From contig CAMOSO010000040.1 in assembly GCA_946624925.1 (NCBI GenBank), forward strand, positions 1,404 to 65,403: a DNA stretch of 64,000 nucleotides. The letters run 5' to 3'. The notes below the pieces were generated by a model that had not been told where the DNA came from, did no database searches, and worked only from the letters and a program-made list of their open reading frames with translations. Within the stretch, counting starts at the first letter, position 1. The number at the start of each line of letters is the position of its first letter. This document shows positions 1-7,624 of the stretch, piece by piece. The stretch comes from an uncultured Bacteroidales bacterium. Its GTDB lineage: Bacteria; Bacteroidota; Bacteroidia; Bacteroidales; UBA3824. Both the position numbers and the translations under genes were made by a program.

Positions 1-3000
1 TCACCTGTCAACCAAACATTTGGCACAATCTTTCCTCTGATGCGTTTTCTGCGGTGTGCAGGAGTAAGGGTTTGGTCTTTTGATTGATGGTTTATCAGGA
101 TATTGTTTTCGATATATGGCACAATAGCCGACAAATCACCACCCAAACCGCATTTTCGGCGTTCCTGGTTCAATTGGTTTTCCCAATCAGAAGTTTGATA
201 GCCTTCTAATTTCTTGAAAAACAATTCAAGCATTTTGTCACGTTGTACCGCTGTTGGTATCAGAGTTAGAGTTGCGGCATCAATGGCATGATGTGAATGT
301 TTGTCTCTCGATTTCTTTTCATCTATCTGTATTCCAAGCATTTTCCTAAATGCAACGTTAACACCTGCTTTTTGCACTTCCACTTTGTTGAAAACGGTTT
401 TCAGATAGTGGTATGCGTATTTGGTAATAATGCGAGTGTCAACAAGTTGGCTGTTTCTGAATCCATCGGTAACTTCTTTCAGTTCAAAACGTTCCACCTT
501 GTTTTTCCAATAGTCGAGTTCCATCTGCCAAAGATGTTTCTGCCTGATGCAATCATCCTTGCGTTCTTTGGTCATCGCTTTTTTCGATTGCGATTTCCAA
601 AACTCAACATTGTCTTTGAGATGCTCCACCTTGTCTTTCCAAGGCTGAATCCTCGAAAGAATATCGTCATAATTGCTGAGTTGCGACGGTATTTGGTTCT
701 TTTTGATAGACCTATTGAAATGCGCTTCGCATATCGTCAGGTTTGCCAACGAATCGTCGAAGCATTTGCTTCGCGGTATTGTATGTTCGATGTCAAAGGC
801 GTTTTCGGCAAACAGATTTGTGATATTAATCGGTTTGCCTGTGTAAATACACAAACCGCCTTGTTCCATCCAAAGCCTGTATTTCGTAACGTCTTTTTTG
901 TAACGCTCGAATTTCTGTTTTTCTTTTTGATTTTCAGGTGTTTTCAATTGCTCCATTAAAAGCCTCATACGGTCTTTGTCCTCGTCAGAAACTTCTCGAT
1001 TGGGCAGAAATTCATTGATTATTTCAGCGAATTTCTTGTTTTCGTTTTCCCTTTCGCGTTGATATGTTTCTATTGCCCAACGCATGTTGGCATCGTTGAG
1101 GTCGCGTGCCGTTTCTACTACAATACGGGTATTTTCATCAATAATTGGATTGCCGTTTTCATCGTTGGTGGTCAGCAACTTATTTATCATATGGCGCAAC
1201 GAATGTAGTACACGCATTGCCATTGGATTTTTGAGAGCACCAATAACAGGACTTCCCAAAAGTTTCATCACTCTGCCATCTTCGATTGTTTGGTCTTTTG
1301 CGGGAGCATAAACTTCAATCATTGATGGATGATAGATTTTTTTCAACTGTTTTGGGTCGATAAAATCGTATTCCTTTTTGATGCACTCTGCCAACGCTTC
1401 GGCAAGTTTGGGCAGTTTGTAATAGTCGCGGTCTGATGAAGCAAAAAACTCTTGATAGAGTTTTTCTGTGGTGGCAATAATTTCGTTTCGTTCTTCTGAG
1501 GACTTGTTTTGCCAACTTTTTTCGCCGAAAGTTTTTTGTGCCATTGCAGACACGTCGTTTTTGTCGCTTTCCGACAAAACATAATCGGTGTTTTTACGTG
1601 CAAATTGCTCGTTTGGCTCTAACGATTTATAGTTGGCAATCAATGAGTTGACAATATAATAAATTGTCTTTTGCTTTCTGTTTACGTCAGTTGCATTTTG
1701 CAAAAGCGAAACAATTTTATTTTCGTTTTCTGCCCATTTCTCTTCTCCAAAAATTTCGGGGAGTTTTGCCATCAATGCCGAGTGAGAATATAACATTACT
1801 TTTTCAAGGAATCTGTTTATATTTCTTATTGCCTTCAAACTCAGCATTGCATATCCTTGTTTGATTGCGCCAAAAACTTTTACGAGTTGTTTGGTTTGTT
1901 CATTGTTGAAGTTCAATTTGTTTTTGGCAAATTCTTCCACGTATTCCACGTCATCAAACGAAAAACATACGTGCCATAAGTCGTATGCGTCATAGCAAGC
2001 GTGTTTTGTTTCGCCGTTCTTTTTCTGGAATGATGTTTCATATTTCCAAGACTGCCAATTATCGCCGAGTAGTTTTTTCAATCTTCCCGACACAGGACAG
2101 CCCGAAACACTTGTACGGTCTTTGTAGTTGATGGTTTTTGCCTTGTAATCAAGAGGTTTGCGGATTTCTTTTTCAATCCATTTCCTGATTTCTTCAAACT
2201 TAAAATCAGATTTCAAGAGCATAAACTTTTCATTGAAAAGTTTCTTTTTTTGCTCATTTGTCAATTCTTGTTGACAATCTTGACCAAATTTGATTGTATT
2301 GATAAAACACCACGCCCTGAATCTTTCAAAATCGGGATGGCTAATGGGGCATCTATCCTTGTCTGGTTCGAGGGTGCATTTGCCGACAAGTCCTTTTTGC
2401 GAGCGCAGAGGACGTTTGTAAAAAATCGTTCCTTCACTTTTTTTCTCGCTTACAAGGTGCTTGTAAAAGTCGCTTTCTGTATCAAGTTGTTTTTGAAATT
2501 CAAATATTTTTTTGATTTCATCTTTGTACTGCGAGCGAACGGCTTGGAAATCGCTATTGCGTACACGTACTCCATTAGTTATTAGATGATGAAAAGCCCA
2601 GCCTACGGTCGGTAATTTATTGACTTTCATATACTCGTCCAATTTGGCAGATTTGTCAATTTCCGATTTTTTCATCATTTCAGACACATCAACGTCCTCT
2701 TTTTCCACAACCTTGTCGTCGTCTTTATCTGATACGGTTTCGCCTTTGCTACTTTTGAAACCTCGACGTTGCGCTATATGATAAAGAGCGCGACCAAGTT
2801 TCATACGCTCTGTTTCATCTTCTAAATTAAATTGACGGTTCATCAATTCGTAGCGGAGTTCGTATGGATTTGTATTTTTGCCATCGCCAAAATCACAACG
2901 AACCCATTGTTCAAATTTTATGGCATTAATTGGATATTCTCGTTTTAAGCCGCTTTTGGTGTCATATTTTCTCCATTTGTCGAGGTCTTCAATCGAAAGC

Positions 3001-3263
3001 GGACAACAATTATTATTAATAAGGAGTTCCAATGTTGCCCAAAGTCTATATTTACGTGCTTGATACATTCTACGCACAGTTCTCTTTTTGGTTCGCGCTG
3101 TGGCATACGAAAATTCGCCCGACTTGTCTTTGCCAACGCCGGAAGGAAATATATTTGTACCCACTAATTCTATTTGCTCAGTGATTGGAACAGTGTTATC
3201 AAAATCCCTGACAGCCAATCCAATAGAATTTGTTCCTAAATCAAGACCTAAAATTTTTTCCAT
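1..3263 (-). CDS. cas9: Cas9 CRISPR endonuclease (type II, II-C-like), N-terminal ~1087 aa; the C-terminus lies left of the window
   Basis: Not in the ORF track because the frame is open to position 1. My translation from the ATG at 3263-3261 gives MEKILGLDLGTNSIGLAVRD (RuvC-I), RTKKRTVRRMYQARKYR (Arg-rich bridge helix), IVVETARDL (RuvC-II), QGGLCIYTG...FDIEHTIPRSKCFDDSLANLTICEAHFNRSIKKNQIP (HNH) and SHHAIDAATL (RuvC-III). These motifs share one frame (top codon coordinate mod 3 = 2 at 3263, 785 and 299). Confidence 0.93.
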   Translation of the reverse strand, partial: MEKILGLDLGTNSIGLAVRDFDNTVPITEQIELVGTNIFPSGVGKDKSGEFSYATARTKKRTVRRMYQARKYRLWATLELLINNNCCPLSIEDLDKWRKYDTKSGLKREYPINAIKFEQWVRCDFGDGKNTNPYELRYELMNRQFNLEDETERMKLGRALYHIAQRRGFKSSKGETVSDKDDDKVVEKEDVDVSEMMKKSEIDKSAKLDEYMKVNKLPTVGWAFHHLITNGVRVRNSDFQAVRSQYKDEIKKIFEFQKQLDTESDFYKHLVSEKKSEGTIFYKRPLRSQKGLVGKCTLEPDKDRCPISHPDFERFRAWCFINTIKFGQDCQQELTNEQKKKLFNEKFMLLKSDFKFEEIRKWIEKEIRKPLDYKAKTINYKDRTSVSGCPVSGRLKKLLGDNWQSWKYETSFQKKNGETKHACYDAYDLWHVCFSFDDVEYVEEFAKNKLNFNNEQTKQLVKVFGAIKQGYAMLSLKAIRNINRFLEKVMLYSHSALMAKLPEIFGEEKWAENENKIVSLLQNATDVNRKQKTIYYIVNSLIANYKSLEPNEQFARKNTDYVLSESDKNDVSAMAQKTFGEKSWQNKSSEERNEIIATTEKLYQEFFASSDRDYYKLPKLAEALAECIKKEYDFIDPKQLKKIYHPSMIEVYAPAKDQTIEDGRVMKLLGSPVIGALKNPMAMRVLHSLRHMINKLLTTNDENGNPIIDENTRIVVETARDLNDANMRWAIETYQRERENENKKFAEIINEFLPNREVSDEDKDRMRLLMEQLKTPENQKEKQKFERYKKDVTKYRLWMEQGGLCIYTGKPINITNLFAENAFDIEHTIPRSKCFDDSLANLTICEAHFNRSIKKNQIPSQLSNYDDILSRIQPWKDKVEHLKDNVEFWKSQSKKAMTKERKDDCIRQKHLWQMELDYWKNKVERFELKEVTDGFRNSQLVDTRIITKYAYHYLKTVFNKVEVQKAGVNVAFRKMLGIQIDEKKSRDKHSHHAIDAATLTLIPTAVQRDKMLELFFKKLEGYQTSDWENQLNQERRKCGLGGDLSAIVPYIENNILINHQSKDQTLTPAHRRKRIRGKIVPNVWLTG

Positions 3264-3269
3264 TTATTT

Positions 3270-3387
3270 TGTTTTTTTGTTGTTGGTTTCCAAAATATGA
3301 TTTATCTTTGCGCTTGAAAGACAAATCACAATAAGGCTATAAGCCGAAGAGTTCTTCGCCCCGCGTACTCCGTGGGGCATTTTTTTT
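3270..3387 (+). ncRNA. tracrRNA candidate (module 1), divergent from cas9; a short form may start near 3315
   Basis: Anti-repeat-like GGTTTCC...TTGAAAGACAAATCACAAT (about 3286-3332). It is followed by AAGG + GGCT-ATA-AGCC nexus-like hairpin, a GAAG-AGTT-CTTC hairpin, and a CCCCGCG-TACTC-CGTGGGG stem with a T8 tract ending at 3387. The reverse complement starts ATTGTGATTTG..CTTTCAA and ends GGAAAC, like the long Bacteroidota II-C repeats as I recall them. The 5' end is uncertain. Confidence 0.6.
3303..3310 (+). promoter_or_regulatory. -7 box TATCTTTG (TAnnTTTG) inside/upstream of tracr module 1
   Basis: Exact match to the Bacteroidota -7 consensus TAnnTTTG. It would start an RNA near 3315 at TTGAAAGACAAATCACAAT. 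Confidence 0.4.
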
Positions 3388-3392
3388 CAGCA

Positions 3393-3400
3393 CAAATCTA
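3393..3400 (-). promoter_or_regulatory. Candidate cas9 -7 box (TAGATTTG on the minus strand)
   Basis: This is the only CAAAnnTA on the plus strand between 3264 and 3400. It implies a cas9 TSS near 3387 and a leader antisense to tracr module 1. Confidence 0.3.
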
Positions 3401-3458
3401 ATAATATATTCTTTATTCGCAAAATTGTTTTTGCTTTTTTGCGAAATTTTTTTTTGTA

Positions 3459-3466
3459 TAAATTTG
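3459..3466 (+). promoter_or_regulatory. -7 box TAAATTTG for tracr-like module 2
   Basis: Exact TAnnTTTG match with a TTTG about 20 nt upstream (3437-3441 region). The predicted start is near 3472. Confidence 0.45.
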
Positions 3467-3470
3467 CCAC

Positions 3471-3551
3471 ATAAAATGAAAGCAATTCACAATAAGGATT
3501 ATTCCGTTGTGAAAACATTAGGTTGCCTCGTCCTTCAACGGGGCATTTTTT
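3471..3551 (+). ncRNA. Second tracrRNA-like RNA (module 2): short anti-repeat, nexus-like hairpin and terminator
   Basis: ATGAAAGCAATTCACAAT-AAGG-ATTATT-CCG (GGA/TCC hairpin), then CCGTTG..26 nt..CAACGG followed by GGCATTTTTT (T tract 3546-3551). It shares GAAAG..TCACAATAAGG..CCG..GGGGCATTTTTT with module 1. Its 3' end is antisense to the last codons of the RloB-like gene. Confidence 0.45.
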
Positions 3552-4266
3552 GTTTTCCCTCAAACAGCAAATGCATATCCGAATATGACACATTACATTC
3601 TTTCATTTTGGACACTTCGTCAAGTCGTTGCCCTTTGGATGCTTTGGCGGATTTTGTGGAGTTTTTGATTGCGTTGATGAGGTTGGTGTCGTCAGAGCCG
3701 CATAGTTTAGAGAAAAGGTTTGCAACCTTGTTTTTTTCGTATTCGGGGAGATGTTTTTTCAATATTTTTTCGATACCGCTTTCTGTTTCATAATATGCGG
3801 ACGTGTATGCAAAATGAAGCAACAACCAATATTCAAATGACGGCATATTGTTACAGAAAATTACAGATGGTTCGTCAGAATCGTCGGTGTTTTCAAATTG
3901 CTTTTTCTTGTCTATGAGTGCTTTATATTTGTTAAAGTTGCTTTCGTTGGTGCGTACAATGTCCAGGTCAAAAATACAAATAAATTTGCGGCGAGGGATG
4001 TTCAGGTACGAATTTATTTTGTCCAAATATGGTTCTTTTCTGCCGCCTTTCAGATTTATCGGTTTCGATTTTTCGTATTTGAGCCTAACTCTTGTTGAAT
4101 CTTCCAAATGAGAAAAAAGACTGTTCATATAAGCCTCCTCCGTGTCTCCTTCCACCAGCCAAGTGTATTTTGACGGATTGGGTTCCACAATTCCAGAGGA
4201 AACAGCATTGTTTTCCCTGCGTGAACGCTTTGATGTTTTGGGTTCTATTTTGGATTTTTTGCTCAT
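3535..4266 (-). CDS. RloB-like (Toprim-like) protein, partner of the upstream AAA ATPase
   Basis: 243 aa. RloB-family signature strings as I recall them: LVEGDTEEAYMNSLF (EGxTE), ICIFDLD, and CNNMPSFEYWLLLHF (compare SNPCFExWLLLHF). It lies 17 nt downstream of the ATPase gene on the same strand. Confidence 0.75.
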   Translation of the reverse strand: MSKKSKIEPKTSKRSRRENNAVSSGIVEPNPSKYTWLVEGDTEEAYMNSLFSHLEDSTRVRLKYEKSKPINLKGGRKEPYLDKINSYLNIPRRKFICIFDLDIVRTNESNFNKYKALIDKKKQFENTDDSDEPSVIFCNNMPSFEYWLLLHFAYTSAYYETESGIEKILKKHLPEYEKNKVANLFSKLCGSDDTNLINAIKNSTKSAKASKGQRLDEVSKMKECNVSYSDMHLLFEGKQKMPR

Positions 4267-4283
4267 AATTTATTGTCTTGTAA

Positions 4284-5492
4284 CTAATTATAATACTCAA
4301 TCTCTGCCACTGCGCCGAAACGGCCTTCGCGGTACGCTTTGTAAATAGATTTTATGTTTGTCAGGTTGAAGTCGGCGAGTGAAAACAATCGAGTGCTGCC
4401 GTCTTCTATTTTTTCGGCAAAACGTATTGAATCCTTGCGGACAAGGTTGTTGACCGTTTCCATCAATCCCGAATAGTGGGTTGTTATGATAAGTTGTGAA
4501 CGGCTGTTTTTTTGAGTTACAAAGTCGTAAATCAATTTTTCAAACAAGTCGGGATGTATGGAAGTCTCCAATTCGTCAGCGGCGAGAAAAGCGTTGTTTT
4601 TTACAAGGCGTTTCATAATATAATACAGAGCCACAAAACGTTTGGTGCCGTTTGATTGTTGCTGACCAATCAGATTGTAAGTGCGCGTTTTGCCGTCCAC
4701 TTTTACTTCTACGGCATATTCGTCCCTTATTTTTTCTTCGCCGTCGTTTTTTACAAGGCTGAAACAGATGTCGCCGATGTTGTCGAAACCGTCAAGTTTT
4801 AGGTCGTCAATAAACTGTCTGTCAATATTTTCTGCACCTGAAACAAAATCGTTGGCTATTTTTGTGTAAACGTCTTTTTTGTCGGTGATTACGGGTAAAA
4901 AATTCTTGAAATACTCCAAAACGTTCTCAATTTCGATGATTTTTTCGGTGAGTTTTTCTGTGGAACTATTGTACGCCGCAAATAGCGACATATTTTTTCT
5001 GCACGTCCAGTCAAGTCCGTTTTTGACCTGTTGGTCTATTTCAAAGTTATATGTTATTGTAGTTTTGTCGCCTTTGGTTTTGCGTTCAAAAAACAATGTA
5101 TCCGCTACTTCCAGTTTTTCATAGACAACGTTTTGCGGATTCACGCGGAGGAAGTAACGGTTTTTTTTGTTGGAATTGTCATAGAAAATGATGTCAAATT
5201 TAGAATCACCCTTTGCGGTCTTGTCGTCGAGCAAAAATGGTTCTACGCCCGTAGCAACGGAATTGACATCGCGCAAAATGAAGTCGTGCAAAAAGAAGAA
5301 TATTTTGAGAAAGTTGGATTTGCCCGAGGCGTTTGCCCCATATAACGCTGCAAATCTCAACAATTTGACCCCTTTCGCCACTTCCACGACTTGGGTGTCT
5401 TCCGCGTAATTGTCGTCTTTGTCCGCCTCAAAACTGAATGTTGTCTTGTGCTTGAACGACAAAAAATTCTCAACGGTGATTTCCTGTATCAT
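4284..5492 (-). CDS. AAA_21/ABC-type ATPase (AbiLi/OLD-ATPase-like)
   Basis: Walker A YGANASGKSN, signature-like QSNGTKRF, Walker B/D-loop LAADELETSIHP, and H-loop QLIITTH. The track start at 5519 is a TTG. The ATG at 5492 (MIQEITVENFLSFK, the typical N-terminus of this family) is the more likely start. Confidence 0.85.
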   Translation of the reverse strand: MIQEITVENFLSFKHKTTFSFEADKDDNYAEDTQVVEVAKGVKLLRFAALYGANASGKSNFLKIFFFLHDFILRDVNSVATGVEPFLLDDKTAKGDSKFDIIFYDNSNKKNRYFLRVNPQNVVYEKLEVADTLFFERKTKGDKTTITYNFEIDQQVKNGLDWTCRKNMSLFAAYNSSTEKLTEKIIEIENVLEYFKNFLPVITDKKDVYTKIANDFVSGAENIDRQFIDDLKLDGFDNIGDICFSLVKNDGEEKIRDEYAVEVKVDGKTRTYNLIGQQQSNGTKRFVALYYIMKRLVKNNAFLAADELETSIHPDLFEKLIYDFVTQKNSRSQLIITTHYSGLMETVNNLVRKDSIRFAEKIEDGSTRLFSLADFNLTNIKSIYKAYREGRFGAVAEIEYYN

Positions 5493-5575
5493 TTTATTAT
5501 GAATTGGTTTGTGGCGCAAATATAATGATTATTTTGTTATAATCCTCACAAATATCCTCTGCCACAAAAAAAATT

Positions 5576-7492
5576 TTATATCTTCGTCATTACCAACCCA
5601 TCCTCTTCTCTATTGTAAAATTCCTCCATTTTGGCGTTGAATTGTTGCCTTGGCAGCGATGACCAGGAGCGGAAGTCGGAGGTGATGTCGGTGAAGCGGA
5701 TGTTGACTTTGCGTTTTGGGACAAAGAGGAAGCGGAGCATCGCAAGGAATTTGAGACTTTTTACGAGCATTGGCACCATTGGGGCGGTGCGGGTGCGGCC
5801 GTAGTTTGACCAGCGGCTGCCCCATAGACCGTGGATTTCGATTGCTACAACGCGGGTGTGGTCGGGAAGAATTTTTGAGGCGTTGTATGCCATGCGGCGG
5901 TTGCCGATGGTCTCCTTGCCGTCGAGTGTGATGTGTCCGGAGGGGTAGAAAAGGATGTTTGCGCCGTTTTCAAGTTGCGTCTGTACAATGCCGTCGAGTT
6001 TTTGAACTTGCTCCACGCCTTCACGTCCGCCACGGCGCAGGTCGGGCACTTGAACGGCGTCAAAAAGGTTAAGGACGTGACCCATGAATTTGTTTTTCCA
6101 AAATCTTGCGTCCACCATCGGTTGGAGTTTGTAGTCGTAGAGATCTGCAAACAAAATCAGCGGGTCAATCAATGCGCGGTGCATCGGGAGGATGAGGAGA
6201 TTTTGACCGGCGGGCACGTCGAGCACTTCCTTGTTTTCCATCTTCACGTCATAATGAAGGTGGATAATTTTGCTCACGCGATAGCACAGCGAGCCTTTGT
6301 AATTGAACATGAAATATATCGTCCATGCCGCCAACAAAATGCCGTCGAATAGGAACACGTATGTCGATGACAATAAGTTGGCAATCAATACATTAGTTGC
6401 AGAAGCCGCCAATATGAATATGAACGAAACGAGATTGAAATATGCAAGAATGATGTTGAGTTCCGATGTGGCGACACGCTTTTGGATTTCGGCGTCGAGG
6501 GGGATTTTGAAGATGCCCACAGTGATTGCAATGATGGTCATGAAAATTCCAAAATACAATCCCTTGTAGTCGCCCATTTCGTTGAATGGAAGTATGGAAA
6601 CTATTATCATCAACACACCTGCCAAAACTCCAAGACGCGGTACAGTGCCGAGCATATAGCGGCTGTGATTGAGTTTGCCGCCGAGGAGACAGCCGACAGT
6701 AATGCCAATCGCCATTGATGCAAGGAGATAGCCGGTCTGGGTGTTTGACATGCCGAGGTGTTCTTCGCAGTGTGTTATCAGAATCATCTGCACCGATGCG
6801 CAAAACCACCAGAACAATGACAGCAACATTATTACGTGTCCGAGGCCTTTGTATTTGCGGGAAATTGCGGCGGATTCACGCAGGAATTTTATTGGATTTG
6901 CCGACGATTCTTCCGCCGTTTTGTTTTCTTCGGTCCTGATTGTCAGGCTGCTGAGCAAACCCAACGCAGCAATGGAAAACAAGACTATGGCGTAGAGCGT
7001 GAGAGAATGATGATCCGACATTACCGAGCCGACAAATGTGCCTACCAATGTGCCGAGGAATGCAAATGCCTCCATGCCTCCCATGCCCATTGAGATGCCT
7101 TCTTCGCCGCCGATGTCCTTGATGAGTCCGTATTTCGCGGGGGAGTAGAGCGCGCTCTGCAATCCCATCAAAAGCGATGCCGTGAGCGCAATCCAGATGT
7201 TTTCAAAATAGAATCCAAGCACCGCGACGAGCATTATCGGCAATTCACAAATTTTGGCGACCCTGATGATTTGTTGCTTGCGCCAGAAGTGTGGCAACTT
7301 GCCTGCCAATGGAGACAGGAACACGTATGGCATTACCATTGCAGCCGCCATGATGCTTACAACAAGTGTGCTGTACTCTTTTGCAACCCATGTCGCCGCC
7401 ACAAAACATATCAACGCTTTGAGGACATTGTCGTTCATAACGCCGAATATGTTGGTGATATATAGCGATAAAAACTGTCGGATGTTTTTCAT
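5576..7492 (-). CDS. MFS transporter fused to a PlsC-type acyltransferase (LplT/lysophospholipid acyltransferase-like)
   Basis: 638 aa. The N-terminal ~400 aa is multi-TM and MFS-like. The C-terminal domain carries an HX4D motif (PMHRALIDP) and YPSGHIT. Confidence 0.75.
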   Translation of the reverse strand: MKNIRQFLSLYITNIFGVMNDNVLKALICFVAATWVAKEYSTLVVSIMAAAMVMPYVFLSPLAGKLPHFWRKQQIIRVAKICELPIMLVAVLGFYFENIWIALTASLLMGLQSALYSPAKYGLIKDIGGEEGISMGMGGMEAFAFLGTLVGTFVGSVMSDHHSLTLYAIVLFSIAALGLLSSLTIRTEENKTAEESSANPIKFLRESAAISRKYKGLGHVIMLLSLFWWFCASVQMILITHCEEHLGMSNTQTGYLLASMAIGITVGCLLGGKLNHSRYMLGTVPRLGVLAGVLMIIVSILPFNEMGDYKGLYFGIFMTIIAITVGIFKIPLDAEIQKRVATSELNIILAYFNLVSFIFILAASATNVLIANLLSSTYVFLFDGILLAAWTIYFMFNYKGSLCYRVSKIIHLHYDVKMENKEVLDVPAGQNLLILPMHRALIDPLILFADLYDYKLQPMVDARFWKNKFMGHVLNLFDAVQVPDLRRGGREGVEQVQKLDGIVQTQLENGANILFYPSGHITLDGKETIGNRRMAYNASKILPDHTRVVAIEIHGLWGSRWSNYGRTRTAPMVPMLVKSLKFLAMLRFLFVPKRKVNIRFTDITSDFRSWSSLPRQQFNAKMEEFYNREEDGLVMTKI

Positions 7493-7508
7493 ATTCTTTG
7501 GATGTTAT

Positions 7509-7624
7509 ATTAAAGAGGAAAGATTAAAGAGTATAGATTAAAGTGGAAAGATTAAAGAGTAAAGTCTCAACAATCAACTTTAATCTTTAATCTCTCAACT
7601 CTAATCTTTCAACTTTAATCTTTC
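7509..7624. repeat. Long imperfect palindrome built from GATTAAAG units, overlapping the secA stop
   Basis: Arms at 7518-7565 and 7577-7624 are complementary at about 40 of 48 positions (hand count), with loop CTCAACAATCA. The arms are internally repetitive (AAAGATTAAAG). Confidence 0.8.

Noticed and set aside
297-3300. Several plus-strand ORFs (297-959, 1084-1311, 2250-2585, 3088-3300 and others) and short minus-strand ORFs inside the first 3.3 kb
   Set aside because: They lie antisense to, or out of frame with, the long uninterrupted cas9 frame. Their translations are low-complexity F/L/I-rich strings typical of shadow ORFs in AT-rich coding DNA.
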